IMG/VR virus record: IMGVR_UViG_3300017963_000074 | Span: 1-51,624 of that record | Direction: 5' to 3' (one strand) | Length of the DNA: 51,624 bases | Source: a virus | Lineage: Duplodnaviria; Caudoviricetes | Part shown: in pieces, positions 9,901 through 19,121 of the stretch | How the letters are laid out: each line of letters begins with the position of its first letter | Position numbering within the stretch: position 1 is the stretch's first letter | Program-made: the position numbers and the translations under genes | Notes under the pieces: generated by a model | The model's database searches: none | Seen by the model: only the letters and a program-made list of their open reading frames with translations | What the model was told of the DNA's origin: nothing

Positions 9901-11217
9901 ACTGGCATCATAATCTACAACAATATACTGAGCATCAGCAGGAGCACCAGTTAGTCCTTCTATACTATCATTAAGAGCATTGACTGTTACAAGAATGTCA
10001 GTTGTATCACTCCATACAAAACCGGATAGATCTAGGCTGTCTATAAAGTCAGCCTTTAACATAAAATCTGTCGCATGAACTCCATCAACCATATCAGCAT
10101 TAAGGTTGGTTACCAGTGTCGTAGAGGCTATTGTAAATGGGGCGGTTCCAGTAGCTAGTGTAGAGGTAAGCGCACCTGACATACCAATAGTTGTAACACC
10201 CGTAATTCCAGCTGTATTCATGTCAAGATCTGCACCCAGTACATCTAGCTGCCCACCTGCATCGAAGGAGATCCTTTCATCAGTTTCACTTATTCCTATC
10301 CAGTCTCCACTATCTATAATAAGATCATCAGAGAGATCTATATCACCTGTTACAGATATACCTGTACTTGAGGTAGAGAGCTTTGCGAAACCTGCGTAGT
10401 TTAAGGTAGTAGCCGCAGCTGTATAGGCAGCTGCAAGTGTCTCGACCCCTACATTATTATCAACATAGAGACCAATACCCCCATTAGTGACATTATAATC
10501 AATCTTGAACATAGTTCCTGCATCGGTAAGCTCAATGTAGTCACCCAACAGTATATGTGTATCCCCTCTGACTGTGTCGGCCCTTACCATATGAGCTCCA
10601 GCATCCCAGGTATCTGTCAATGTAATAGAGCCATCCCTTAGCAGAAACTCATCATCGTTAGCAGCCAAAGAGTCGCCAAAATCATCAGCTAGCAGCCACA
10701 CAAATACACTATCCCCTATCTCATTCCTCACCCACTTTGCCGTTACCAGTACGTTATTAGTATCTGCATTATTCCAGAAGCTATCAGCAAAAGCTGCATT
10801 CAGCAACCAGTCCAGGGTAGAGTCCCCTATCTCATCCCTTATCCAGTTGATTGTAGCAAGAATATTGTTAGTATCAGCAACTGCCCAAAAGGAGTCTGCA
10901 AAGGTACTTGATATAAGAACCCCCTCTATTGTTCCAGTTACCCTCAGACCTCCCTCTATCACAACCCCATCAAACTCAAGCACCCTGAGGGTATCTATCC
11001 CCTTATCCCCTTTTATCGTAAGGGAATCCCCTGATATACATACACTCACAGTATCTGTATCTGTTCTAGTTTTCATCAGAAACAAGCAGCCGGAGTCAAC
11101 ATAGGCAACAGATACTGTAAGAGTATCTCCCTTATCCCCAAACCTCATCTTCACATTATCTGCAAAGAGGAAATAAAAGGACACAAAGATTAAGATTGCT
11201 AGTGGTACTCTTCTCAT
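6898..11217 (-). CDS. Large fibre/tailspike-like protein with beta-helix depolymerase domain and N-terminal Sec signal peptide
   Basis: 1439 aa; MRR + hydrophobic core + LFA|D; fibre motifs (VTNLNADLLDG, RVGVNDATPSYTLDV.G, DHGELDGLADDDHTQY); long parallel beta-helix in the C-terminal half. Confidence 0.75.
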   Translation of the reverse strand: MRRVPLAILIFVSFYFLFADNVKMRFGDKGDTLTVSVAYVDSGCLFLMKTRTDTDTVSVCISGDSLTIKGDKGIDTLRVLEFDGVVIEGGLRVTGTIEGVLISSTFADSFWAVADTNNILATINWIRDEIGDSTLDWLLNAAFADSFWNNADTNNVLVTAKWVRNEIGDSVFVWLLADDFGDSLAANDDEFLLRDGSITLTDTWDAGAHMVRADTVRGDTHILLGDYIELTDAGTMFKIDYNVTNGGIGLYVDNNVGVETLAAAYTAAATTLNYAGFAKLSTSSTGISVTGDIDLSDDLIIDSGDWIGISETDERISFDAGGQLDVLGADLDMNTAGITGVTTIGMSGALTSTLATGTAPFTIASTTLVTNLNADMVDGVHATDFMLKADFIDSLDLSGFVWSDTTDILVTVNALNDSIEGLTGAPADAQYIVVDYDASLSGERKITAGYGLDFVDGGANSTFTIKVDTSEIATPDAVSDSIEGLGAGVTDHGELDGLADDDHTQYLELDGTDTMGGNLNMGGNSIADINDLDSKSDAGDMYIDQNDQDNDLYIRINDGGVMTNSILVDGATNNMSLSAGLLYLDKVNTRVGVNDATPSYTLDVDGTVRATGVITSTLAGGTAPFTIASATLVTNLNADLLDGQHAADIVAGAGAVMADGTVPLTNTWDAGGHMIQADTLQSDNHLIVSGTANFAEYIYHDGDLDTYFRLQGDHVELFVGGLEIMDWTEGMIDKIYMYADLDMQSNGIVNMDTLSISNGGISADKLHIDDGQGVGIVDGEMLLFDSGGQIDVTNADMDFNSNNIVDLADLNGVRYVEGYTTVDAAIKDGGGAAVAGEIRLEPDTEYATTQTEHIPASNTALFIPRGTELRNTKSAATNKSVISLSSVENVLIYGGGTIDGGGADNANYDQSDHGIKILNSDTVTVRDVRVDSAAGDQINIVGSRDVLIDGVTLRTIQFNSSPLRGRACISVVSGGDYGADQYVRRLKITNSTFSGSCSPGMVVIEPPGATGGNPSGEVYDVEISNCIFEGTDSLYVGLLITGADTTKVRRVLVSNCTFRDFNNGIHIYENGSTCRIENIVIDNCMIYNCNRGIRIGSSRNVTISNCEIYNCKNLTSASLNYGIVIDDSAKAVTIVDNVIYSNEEGGIYCATGEDNHHIEGNVIYDNTGHAIYFNGSSGNEIAYSSFIGNKIYNNTGTTDGIVLDYCDDAFVVGNYLVSNGRYGLYLTNCDRVFSANNYLDGNGTSDRITESSCSLTRYGINQEADSVNIGYNNLGLLDLSGNTITHGGSYFHDKSPAADFYVDQKDQDKDIYIRINDGGAMTNSILIDGSNNNMSLSAGLLYVDKVNTRVGINDATPSYTLDVNGTIRCTGKLTASSVDPSFVSYSPETRRDVIHRWVPEVEASQEVMMFWNTDTQQFEYYHLKKRAFYSMIGKLLEER
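7105..7323 (-). repeat. Internal duplicated ~73-aa module, copy 2
   Basis: DFYVDQKDQDKDIYIRINDGG...TPSYTLDVNGTIRCTG matches the copy at 9382-9600. Confidence 0.85.
9382..9600 (-). repeat. Internal duplicated ~73-aa module, copy 1
   Basis: DMYIDQNDQDNDLYIRINDGG...TPSYTLDVDGTVRATG. Confidence 0.85.
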
Positions 11218-11906
11218 GGTATGCTCGCTATTACCCTCAGGAAGTTCAGCTCTTCATTGATTGTAATGTACCTCATAGAACTTGACCTCTTCAACCCTAT
11301 ATAATATATCGTATCGTCAGTTGTTCCTCTACCTATCGACACTGTCTCAACCTCATTTATCCTAACCTTAAATATCTCCCCATCATTCAGGTTCATCCTC
11401 ACATCATTTCCATCCTGGTCGAAGTCTGGCAAGAAGTCAGTCTCCCACTTCTCACTCGTTCCATTAAACCTTATAATATCTCCATCTGACCCAGCTGGGA
11501 GGCCCTGCATAATCTTAGTACCCGCAACTGCCACCCAATACCCACTATCTCCTGCAACAACATAAGGTACATTAGCAGCGCTCGCTGAAGCATCCCAGCA
11601 ATATATAGTATATTCATTAGGATCAGCAACTTCGTAAGCGACCAGCATACCTCCCTCAACAGCTGTCGATAGACTAGCAAGCTCTGTCGAGGGGTCGTCG
11701 ATGTCAGTAACCTGGACAACAGAGATATACGCTCCGAGATCCTGTAACCTGACAACATGATCGTCAACAGTTGGAGCCGTCCCGACAAGGATCTGTCCTT
11801 CAAACCTTGCTCCATGAAGGCTGAGAGCTGCATCGTCTTGGTAGACATCAGTGTCATAATATAGATAAGGCCCTTCCGAACCTAGCCAGTATTGCTTCAA
11901 AGCCAT
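11214..11906 (-). CDS. Putative virion protein (fibre adaptor candidate)
   Basis: 230 aa acidic beta-rich ORF with fibre-like APTVDDHVVRLQDL and GDIIRFNG motifs; coupled to terL and to the 1439-aa gene; no signal peptide. Confidence 0.5.
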   Translation of the reverse strand: MALKQYWLGSEGPYLYYDTDVYQDDAALSLHGARFEGQILVGTAPTVDDHVVRLQDLGAYISVVQVTDIDDPSTELASLSTAVEGGMLVAYEVADPNEYTIYCWDASASAANVPYVVAGDSGYWVAVAGTKIMQGLPAGSDGDIIRFNGTSEKWETDFLPDFDQDGNDVRMNLNDGEIFKVRINEVETVSIGRGTTDDTIYYIGLKRSSSMRYITINEELNFLRVIASIP

Positions 11907-13492
11907 TAGATTACTCTCCAGTCAGAATCTGCCGGTTCGTCCTGGAGCTCGGCATACTCAGCCTCTACAGAGGCAAACGTCTCTTCCTTATCTTCTGGAG
12001 GTTGGAAGTATCTCATACCCTCCTCCAGGGCTTGTATGATATAAGCAGCTGCGTCTATAATGTCCCATCTTCTAGGTTTGGGATAGGAGAGGAGTTGCTG
12101 CTCATAGGCACCACATCCTACCTTATTATGGAAGATTAGGCCCCTTCTATAATAGGATCCAAGAGCTCCAACTCTCCCTGTCTTTCCGCCCTCCTCACCG
12201 GCCAGCTCGCCTTTTCCTTTCCTCGCACTCAGCCAGATAGGTTCAAAGAACAATCCATTACTGACCATCTCATCCTTGAGAGGATGCTTTATAAACTCAT
12301 CCAGGCCGGTAGTCTCGACTCCCAATACCCTACTATTATACCTCTTACAAGTCTTGATGGCATCAGCATACAACTCATCCGGATGGTAGAATTCCCCTCT
12401 GGCTTCCCTCAGGTACATAGCCCCACTCTCAACATCAACTCCCCACACTACAATCCCGCTTTGAGCATTCTGCATTTTAGCCGTCTTGGCCGGATCGATC
12501 AGGACAACATTCTCTATAAACCCTCCTCTTAACCTCTCCACAAATCCAAGGTCTGCCTCGCTATAATACTGAAACAACTCCGGAGAGAAGGTTAGATCCT
12601 CAGCTGACACAGATTGGCACAGTCGCTCCATTGCAAAGAAGTCCATTGTCTTATGCAATCTGTGATGCTCCAGCTCAGCATCCAGCTCATTCTGAGGCAT
12701 GAAGTCGGGGGCAAGAGTCTTATAATCCTCATCACAAACTGGGAGTCTTATATGAGCAAAAGATGGATCCTCCATTAAGTGTTCTATTAAGGAATCTTGA
12801 TGCTTCACAGTATCTATATAGATAACCTTGTAGTCCTGCCTGGCATACTTGGAACTGGTGATTTGAGGAATAGCCTTCAGCACATCAGTATAGAACCATT
12901 CATATCTCTCGGCCCTGATAGTTTCATTCTTGATGTTCATCTTATCTTCAAGATCATCAACGATGAACAAGTCCGGTCGGTAGTTTCCCCACAAGAGACC
13001 ACGAACCTGCTGGCCGGAACCTCGAGGTATGATAACAGTCCATCCATTTGCAACCCAGCCCTTCTTCGAGAACTCCTCATCCATTCCAGCTATCTTCTCA
13101 TTCGTCTTTATATTCCCGAAGAATTCCCTTATCCTCTTATCCCCAATGAGAGTTCTCTTTATACTCTCAGTCTGCATCATTGCATGACCTTCAGACTTCC
13201 CTATATAGCAGACAAACCTCTTCTGCCTGAATAAAATAGACTTCATAGCCAGTGCTCTCATGATGGTAGTCTTGCCTATACCACGGGGAGCAGCTATGAC
13301 AATCTTCTTGATCTTCGGGTCGTCTATAGCCTTGAAGATAGTATCATGGATAGAGCAAAAGGGAGCATAGAAAGAATCTTCAAGGAAGAGTCTGGAGAAG
13401 GTCTTTGTAGACACACTACACTTCGCCAGAACCTCCATGACCTCCGGATCGCGCTTGAAGTCGTAATCAGGATTTTCCGCTGGAAGTCCCAC
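11906..13492 (-). CDS. terL: Terminase large subunit
   Basis: Walker A APRGIGKTT, QVRG, Walker B RPDLFIVDDLED, nuclease IDPA and WDIIDAAAY. Confidence 0.93.
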   Translation of the reverse strand: MGLPAENPDYDFKRDPEVMEVLAKCSVSTKTFSRLFLEDSFYAPFCSIHDTIFKAIDDPKIKKIVIAAPRGIGKTTIMRALAMKSILFRQKRFVCYIGKSEGHAMMQTESIKRTLIGDKRIREFFGNIKTNEKIAGMDEEFSKKGWVANGWTVIIPRGSGQQVRGLLWGNYRPDLFIVDDLEDKMNIKNETIRAERYEWFYTDVLKAIPQITSSKYARQDYKVIYIDTVKHQDSLIEHLMEDPSFAHIRLPVCDEDYKTLAPDFMPQNELDAELEHHRLHKTMDFFAMERLCQSVSAEDLTFSPELFQYYSEADLGFVERLRGGFIENVVLIDPAKTAKMQNAQSGIVVWGVDVESGAMYLREARGEFYHPDELYADAIKTCKRYNSRVLGVETTGLDEFIKHPLKDEMVSNGLFFEPIWLSARKGKGELAGEEGGKTGRVGALGSYYRRGLIFHNKVGCGAYEQQLLSYPKPRRWDIIDAAAYIIQALEEGMRYFQPPEDKEETFASVEAEYAELQDEPADSDWRVI

Positions 13493-13631
13493 TCTTTTGG
13501 CTCCTTACTACTATCGCCTCAAGCTTTCTTATCCTATCCTCCAGATTACCTATAACCTTCTGGAGGGTCTTGATCTCTTCCCTTCTTTCATCCAGAATCA
13601 TCTTTAGGAATATTGCAGAGTTCTCATCCAT
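13467..13631 (-). CDS. 54-aa coiled-coil protein (below the ORF-track cutoff)
   Basis: Manual translation MDENSAIFLKMILDERREEIKTLQKVIGNLEDRIRKLEAIVVRSQKSGTSSGKS; TAATG coupling to the 898-aa gene; fills the gap before terL. Confidence 0.65.
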   Translation of the reverse strand: MDENSAIFLKMILDERREEIKTLQKVIGNLEDRIRKLEAIVVRSQKSGTSSGKS

Positions 13632-16327
13632 TACCACACTCCTGCTGTATCAGACGCTGAATAAAACGGGACGTAACAAGTATCCTCTCCAGTTGTGAAG
13701 TATATCCTCAGCCACTTTCTACTACCACTCATAAGGGTATCAACAAGTGCAACCCTATGCCAGGCCCCTCCATTCATCTTCCCTTCCAGCATCCCGCTGT
13801 TCATCCTGATTCCATATCCACCTGATCCCATAGAGGTATGGCAGACATCAGTTGTATCATTGGAGAAGTTTATATACCCATCCTCCCTGAGCATCAGTCC
13901 TGTTTTATAAAGGGCCATTCTTTGATCTGTTGTATTGTAATTCTTAGCATGCTGGCCTAGAACTCTGAATAAAAAGATACTTGCCTGTGATCTATTCCTA
14001 GGATCAGCTCCCCATGTACTGAAGTTCCTCAATATAATCTGCCCACCTAACGTCGTAGGCCGCGTATCCCTATAACTAGGAAAATTAATAGAATAAAAAG
14101 AAGTAGGATAACTACCGGCATAAGTCGTATCACCTGATACACTCTCTCCGATAGTAAGGGTCTCCCCGTAAAGGTACCTCCGTATCGAAACTGAATCCTC
14201 CGATACGGTGTTGCTCCCAAATAGGATCATCATAGAGTCATTCTTAGCCCTCACCATCGTATCAACAGCTGAAGAGAAAACTGTATCAGCAGCTCCATAT
14301 AGAACAGAACAAGCATCGGAGCAGAAGAACCGGATTCGATACACTCCCAAGCTGTCCACGATTATAGAGTCAGGATATAGGCCACTTACAAGCTCGACAC
14401 TAAAACTCTTCAAATAGCTATAATCATCTCCAAATATATTATCCTCTTCATTTATGAAAGAACTGTTTGCATCGTAATAAGGCTCATCATTGACTAGATT
14501 AAAAAATCTATTACCTGATACAAATACTGTATCACAGTTCTCCATATATAGAGGATATCTAGTCGTCGAGCCAGTTTCCGAAGCATATATTGTACATCCA
14601 GTTATATGTACATTATCTGCATTGGTTATCCAGATAGCATCATAACCAGGATCTTCCCTCATAGAACAGGGATCCTTTATAATACAGTCCTCTATCCAGA
14701 TATGAGAACCAGCAGCTATATATATCGCCCTTTGTGGAGGGCTATCGAATATACAGTCTCTAAATACTACATTATTTGTCGTGCCAGATAGACCTATATA
14801 AGGTTTAGTAGAATCAGCAAGACCGCTGAAAGTACATCCTTCAAATACTACATTATTAACATTAGCTCCATATAATTGGTTGTTACAGCTATCAAATACA
14901 ACATCCTTTATTCTTATATTCTTTGCTAGATCCGCACCAAACACAAGTGACATAGGATACGAAGCTATATTTTTTATAACAACATTCTCAATAAGAATGT
15001 TCTCAAAAGTAGCCTGAGAGTTTTCTATTGCTATCCCTCTATAACCTCCCCATATAACTCCATTTGATATAGTCACATCTTTGATGAGAGTAGGCCCAGC
15101 TCCAGTCGGCTCTATATCTATTCCACCTGGAAGGCCACCGACAATAGAGAAGTTACTGATATTCACTCTCTTAAGACATCCAGAGGGATTGACAGTAGTA
15201 TCAAACAGATCACAGTCAGGATATGAAGAACCCTCTCTCTGGATCACAAGAGATATACCCTGCCTACCAACAAGATTGGATACAGTTGAGTCCGTACTTG
15301 TGGTATACCAATGAAAGGGGTTATACAGAAAAACATTAGATATAGTATAGTCGCTTCCACCTACCATACAGATACAATCACCAGCAAAGTCATGCATATA
15401 CACATCTGTTATATTCACCTTATGGCACTCGTGCATATGTATACCTGTATGGGCTTGAGTAGAGGGAGTTATCCTATAATCGCTTGTAGCATCCGGATTG
15501 GCATACCAGTTACTACTAAGGGTCAATTGAGTATTTCCAGCAGCTGTAGCTGCATTGTCAGAAACTGTCCTACTATGTCCTGTACTTGTTCCAGCTGTTA
15601 TATGGATAACATAACCTATAAGAGAATCAGCTACAACAGAAAGGCCATCAACTGTAACTGTGTTATTGGTCGCTGAGACAACATTACCAGTTACATAGTT
15701 GGAATCTGCCCAGCCATAGTACTCACCACCCTGTAAGGTAATATTGGTATCTGCATAGGACTTATACAATCCATAGGTACAACCCCCTCTTACATTCTGT
15801 CTTTTGTATGTAACCTTATGGCTAGAAGGAAGGACAATATGACTGCCAGATGTAAGATAGATAGTGGTATCCTGCAAAGTCTCATGCAAACCGGATTCCC
15901 CTACAACAGTCCCAGTAACGGGGGCACTTCCACTATCATAAACAGCATCCATGAGACTAGCGTAGTATCTCGAGAACCTTACCCCTAACCTCTTCTTAAT
16001 CTCACTTCCCTCGACATACTTTCCAGTTGCAGCTGACCAATCTGTTCTCCTGGCAATCGAACTCCCACCAAGGGGATCTTCCCATAGAGTATAAAAGCCA
16101 GAGTTGGTCACATCAAACTCGTGCATTGTGAGGGTGCTATTATAACTCCCCACAAGGCTGTCCCCTTCTGTAACTGTCCCATCTATTCCCTTTAATACAG
16201 CTGTACTCCCCGAATCAGTCATTCTGATTCTATATGGAGTAGAGGCTTCTGTCTTGAATACATTGCAGATGAGTAGGATACTCAAGACCAAGAGAACTGG
16301 AACTGAAATTAATAGAAACCTTTTCAT
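13631..16327 (-). CDS. Tailspike-like beta-helix protein with N-terminal Sec signal peptide
   Basis: 898 aa; MKR + long hydrophobic core + TEA|S; GRQGISL, GIDIEP and repeated (V/I)xFxxCxF beta-helix rungs. Confidence 0.75.
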   Translation of the reverse strand: MKRFLLISVPVLLVLSILLICNVFKTEASTPYRIRMTDSGSTAVLKGIDGTVTEGDSLVGSYNSTLTMHEFDVTNSGFYTLWEDPLGGSSIARRTDWSAATGKYVEGSEIKKRLGVRFSRYYASLMDAVYDSGSAPVTGTVVGESGLHETLQDTTIYLTSGSHIVLPSSHKVTYKRQNVRGGCTYGLYKSYADTNITLQGGEYYGWADSNYVTGNVVSATNNTVTVDGLSVVADSLIGYVIHITAGTSTGHSRTVSDNAATAAGNTQLTLSSNWYANPDATSDYRITPSTQAHTGIHMHECHKVNITDVYMHDFAGDCICMVGGSDYTISNVFLYNPFHWYTTSTDSTVSNLVGRQGISLVIQREGSSYPDCDLFDTTVNPSGCLKRVNISNFSIVGGLPGGIDIEPTGAGPTLIKDVTISNGVIWGGYRGIAIENSQATFENILIENVVIKNIASYPMSLVFGADLAKNIRIKDVVFDSCNNQLYGANVNNVVFEGCTFSGLADSTKPYIGLSGTTNNVVFRDCIFDSPPQRAIYIAAGSHIWIEDCIIKDPCSMREDPGYDAIWITNADNVHITGCTIYASETGSTTRYPLYMENCDTVFVSGNRFFNLVNDEPYYDANSSFINEEDNIFGDDYSYLKSFSVELVSGLYPDSIIVDSLGVYRIRFFCSDACSVLYGAADTVFSSAVDTMVRAKNDSMMILFGSNTVSEDSVSIRRYLYGETLTIGESVSGDTTYAGSYPTSFYSINFPSYRDTRPTTLGGQIILRNFSTWGADPRNRSQASIFLFRVLGQHAKNYNTTDQRMALYKTGLMLREDGYINFSNDTTDVCHTSMGSGGYGIRMNSGMLEGKMNGGAWHRVALVDTLMSGSRKWLRIYFTTGEDTCYVPFYSASDTAGVW

Positions 16328-16336
16328 CTCTTCCTC

Positions 16337-16555
16337 CTACCTATCAATATCATCGTCATATTCGTAAGCTGCATCAGAAGGAACAGGACGGGGTGTACCT
16401 TCCACCCTGATCAATCCTCCTCCATTCCTACACAGAGCGGGATCGTCGTCATCCCCTGCGTAATCCTCAGAGAGATCTACTATTTTATAGGAATAGTTTT
16501 CTGCAATCTCTGTGATACTTTTCCTATTATCACTTGTTCTTGGCCTCTCAGCCAT
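16337..16555 (-). CDS. Hypothetical acidic protein
   Basis: 72 aa, TAATG-coupled within the late operon. Confidence 0.55.
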   Translation of the reverse strand: MAERPRTSDNRKSITEIAENYSYKIVDLSEDYAGDDDDPALCRNGGGLIRVEGTPRPVPSDAAYEYDDDIDR

Positions 16556-16914
16556 TAGATTGTTACCTCCTTATTCAAAGTGACATTCCCTTCCATGATG
16601 CAATAGACATCATCCCCATCAACCAGCTCCAGATCATACACAGCCCTGTTGAAGGATAAAGCAGCTGTTGCAGCCGCTGTTACAGCTATCCTTATCAATC
16701 CCAGCGATCCGTTGACAATTGTAATCTCAGTATCAGTATCCCATTCTGCCAACGCTGACCCACCATCACCCTTGAAGTTCCTGATCTTCATTCGGGCTGT
16801 ATAACCAGTTATGTTGACCGGGGTAGTCCCATCATCCTGCATCCATTGTATCAAGCGGGAGAAGTTACTCCCTTCCTTTATCACGAAATCATGTTTAGCT
16901 GGCAGCATCGCCAC
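16555..16914 (-). CDS. Ig-like virion protein (BppU N-terminal-like)
   Basis: PVNITGYTARMKIR...GLIRI...AVYDLEL...EGNVTLNKEVT is the pattern of small phage Ig-fold fibre-anchor proteins. Confidence 0.65.
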   Translation of the reverse strand: MAMLPAKHDFVIKEGSNFSRLIQWMQDDGTTPVNITGYTARMKIRNFKGDGGSALAEWDTDTEITIVNGSLGLIRIAVTAAATAALSFNRAVYDLELVDGDDVYCIMEGNVTLNKEVTI

Positions 16915-16923
16915 ACCTCACAT

Positions 16924-16938
16924 TTTCAAAATTTGAAA
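16924..16938. promoter_or_regulatory. Palindromic site 2
   Basis: TTTCAAAATTTGAAA filling most of a 27-bp intergenic gap. Confidence 0.6.
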
Positions 16939-16941
16939 TCG

Positions 16942-17232
16942 TCACTTCTTTCCGTTCATAGCCCTGAGCTCTATATGTATCTGATCCAATTTATCCCAGA
17001 GCTTATTCTGACTCTTCTCCACTCTGACAAGCTGATTCCCAAGCTGGGCAGTCAAAACATTACACATCTCCTTATCCTGCTTCTTTTCCATATCAGCCTT
17101 TGTCACTCCATTCTTCTTAGGAAGAATCTTAGCCAACAATGCACTAGCCATGACAAGAAACCCTCCTATAGCAGCCCCGTCTCCAATAGAAAGCATCACA
17201 TCTCCCCTCTCAGAAGAATAGTTTCCTTCCAA
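16942..17232 (-). CDS. Single-TM coiled-coil protein (holin/lysis-cassette candidate)
   Basis: Hydrophobic segment GAAIGGFLVMASALLA followed by a coiled coil; the true start may be ~12 codons downstream. Confidence 0.5.
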   Translation of the reverse strand: MEGNYSSERGDVMLSIGDGAAIGGFLVMASALLAKILPKKNGVTKADMEKKQDKEMCNVLTAQLGNQLVRVEKSQNKLWDKLDQIHIELRAMNGKK

Positions 17233-17479
17233 CTACATATCCTACTCCTCCACAAACAAAGACAGATAGATGGGTTCCCAACTCTCCCCATAAACTCCAG
17301 GATTCCAAGAACCTACCTGCACTCCACATACAGACCGCTCCCAACACCAGAGGCCACCACTGAAGGAAATGGGCTTTCCAGCTACTATGCACCATCATCA
17401 TATACTGACTGAGGTAATATGCAAAACCTATACCTCCCACGAACATCCCTCCTAGAAGGATCAAAAATAGACTTGTCAT
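17210..17479 (-). CDS. Small 3-TM membrane protein (holin candidate)
   Basis: Three hydrophobic segments; start moved to ATG at 17479 (MTSLF) behind TAAGGAG. Confidence 0.5.
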   Translation of the reverse strand: MTSLFLILLGGMFVGGIGFAYYLSQYMMMVHSSWKAHFLQWWPLVLGAVCMWSAGRFLESWSLWGELGTHLSVFVCGGVGYVVGRKLFF

Positions 17480-17495
17480 GATATGTCTCCTTAGC

Positions 17496-17556
17496 GCCCG
17501 CCAGTTAACCTCCAATAATCCTGGCGGGCTGTTGGAAGGAGGGAGGATCCTTCCTT
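17496..17556 (-). other. Two tandem stem-loops in an intergenic region
   Basis: GCCCGCCAG/CTGGCGGGC (17496-17529) and GGAAGGA/TCCTTCC (~17534-17555). Confidence 0.5.
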
Positions 17557-17560
17557 TTGT

Positions 17561-17854
17561 TCAGTCGTTGTCCAGATTCGGGAGGATCAGGCCGTGGTTT
17601 GTAGCCTCTTCCTCCATTGCTTCCATCAAGGCCTCGACAACAGCATCGTCCAGCTCAGTCTTTGTCTTCTCAACCACATCTTCCAGATATACGTCGATAC
17701 CTGGATAGGCAGCCATGAGAACAACCTTTGTCTCATTCGGAGCTTTCTCGAAGAATCTCGCGATCAAGGTCTTGAGAACATCCTTTGCAACCTTCTTGAT
17801 AATGGGTGCAAGCATGTTCAGGATCATGTCCTTCAAACCGGTTAAAGCAGACAT
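17561..17854 (-). CDS. Hypothetical amphipathic helical protein
   Basis: 97 aa with AGGAGG RBS. Confidence 0.7.
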   Translation of the reverse strand: MSALTGLKDMILNMLAPIIKKVAKDVLKTLIARFFEKAPNETKVVLMAAYPGIDVYLEDVVEKTKTELDDAVVEALMEAMEEEATNHGLILPNLDND

Positions 17855-17869
17855 CTTATTCCTCCTTCC

Positions 17870-18196
17870 TTACGGTTCAACTTCCCCAATCTGCCCCTCT
17901 TTTGGAGAGTAGTTATATTTCTCCAAGTACATGAGCAGCTTGGCAGCTTTCTCTGTGTCCCGATCTCCTATATTATAAGACACAACTTTGTTGGTGGGAG
18001 ATACAAACTCGACCTTCTCTCCAGGCCTCACCTCATACTTCTTCATCATCTCTCCAGCTTTGTTTTGATGCCAAACCTCTATCCGCTTGATAACCTTCAT
18101 AGTCCGGAAGATCTTGATATAACGGCCTTCCAGCTTGAGATGTTGGCCAAACAAAGCGGCGGGGATGAGAAGAGTTGCTATAAGAAGAGCTCTCAT
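17870..18196 (-). CDS. Small exported protein (Sec signal peptide)
   Basis: Start moved to 18196: MRALLIATLLIPAALFG|QHLK; ATGA-coupled to the methyltransferase stop. Confidence 0.65.
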   Translation of the reverse strand: MRALLIATLLIPAALFGQHLKLEGRYIKIFRTMKVIKRIEVWHQNKAGEMMKKYEVRPGEKVEFVSPTNKVVSYNIGDRDTEKAAKLLMYLEKYNYSPKEGQIGEVEP

Positions 18197-18870
18197 CTTA
18201 CTTTCCTCGCGATAAGAACATCGTTGCATAACTCCCGGCCTGCATATTCATCGGGAGTTACTTTGTACTCTACAACCCTGAACTTGTATCTTTTCAAGAC
18301 CTTTATCCAGACATCTAAAGGCCGGTACTTTTTATAGGCAAATGGTCTACTATGAGACATACTCAAGAGAGTGTCAAACTTACTTGTGATAAAAAGATAA
18401 CCTCCATCATCAATCAAGGCAGAGCAGTTCTCAATAGCATTGCGGAACCTTTCATCATCTACGATGTGGTGTAGGACATTCATGGCGGAGATTATAGAAA
18501 ACGGGCCTCTAGGCAAGAGAGCCTGGATACTGCTATCATCTGCAACATCACATAAAACAGCATCAATACCCTTCTCTCTAACGTACATCACCGAGGAGGC
18601 GGCTATATCAACTGCAAGAGGAAAACAACCCATCCTTTCAAAGAACACAGCCCAGAAGCCCGCTCCAGTCCCTACATCGAGAACTTTATCTCCCTCCTTC
18701 ACATAAGGATGAATGACACTAGCTATCCTCTCGTAATGAATCTTTGCAAGCTCTGGATTTAAGGAAACTGAAAGCTCAGTCTCCCTAGTCTCATCAATCT
18801 CACTCCAATACTCTTCCCAAAAGATGGGAGGATTGTAGAGTTGAAGAATTGTCAGAGCTAGAAAGATCAT
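18193..18870 (-). CDS. Class I SAM-dependent methyltransferase
   Basis: KVLDVGTGAG motif I, AVDIA, CDV, NVLHHI and GGYLFIT motifs. Confidence 0.85.
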   Translation of the reverse strand: MIFLALTILQLYNPPIFWEEYWSEIDETRETELSVSLNPELAKIHYERIASVIHPYVKEGDKVLDVGTGAGFWAVFFERMGCFPLAVDIAASSVMYVREKGIDAVLCDVADDSSIQALLPRGPFSIISAMNVLHHIVDDERFRNAIENCSALIDDGGYLFITSKFDTLLSMSHSRPFAYKKYRPLDVWIKVLKRYKFRVVEYKVTPDEYAGRELCNDVLIARKVR

Positions 18871-19121
18871 CGTGTTGAATCCTCCGGAGCTTGTTGTGGA
18901 GGTTTAGGGGGATCGAATCTGAGACCTATACTATTCAGATCATTGTAGTTGATCTGTCTGGCCCTGCTGAAGTATCGCTCCAACTGCACTTTCATCACCA
19001 TCAGCTGTTCCCTCTCCACAAACATCTGCTCGATCCTTTTGGCCTTCAAGCTCCCCCCAATGAGGAAACTCAGGGCCATTGCGAGTACCAGGATAACAAC
19101 ATCTTTCCAATTCTCTTTCAT
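18867..19121 (-). CDS. Single-TM membrane protein (inner-spanin-like topology)
   Basis: N-terminal TM, helical region and Pro-rich tail ending EDSTR. Confidence 0.55.
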   Translation of the reverse strand: MKENWKDVVILVLAMALSFLIGGSLKAKRIEQMFVEREQLMVMKVQLERYFSRARQINYNDLNSIGLRFDPPKPPQQAPEDSTR

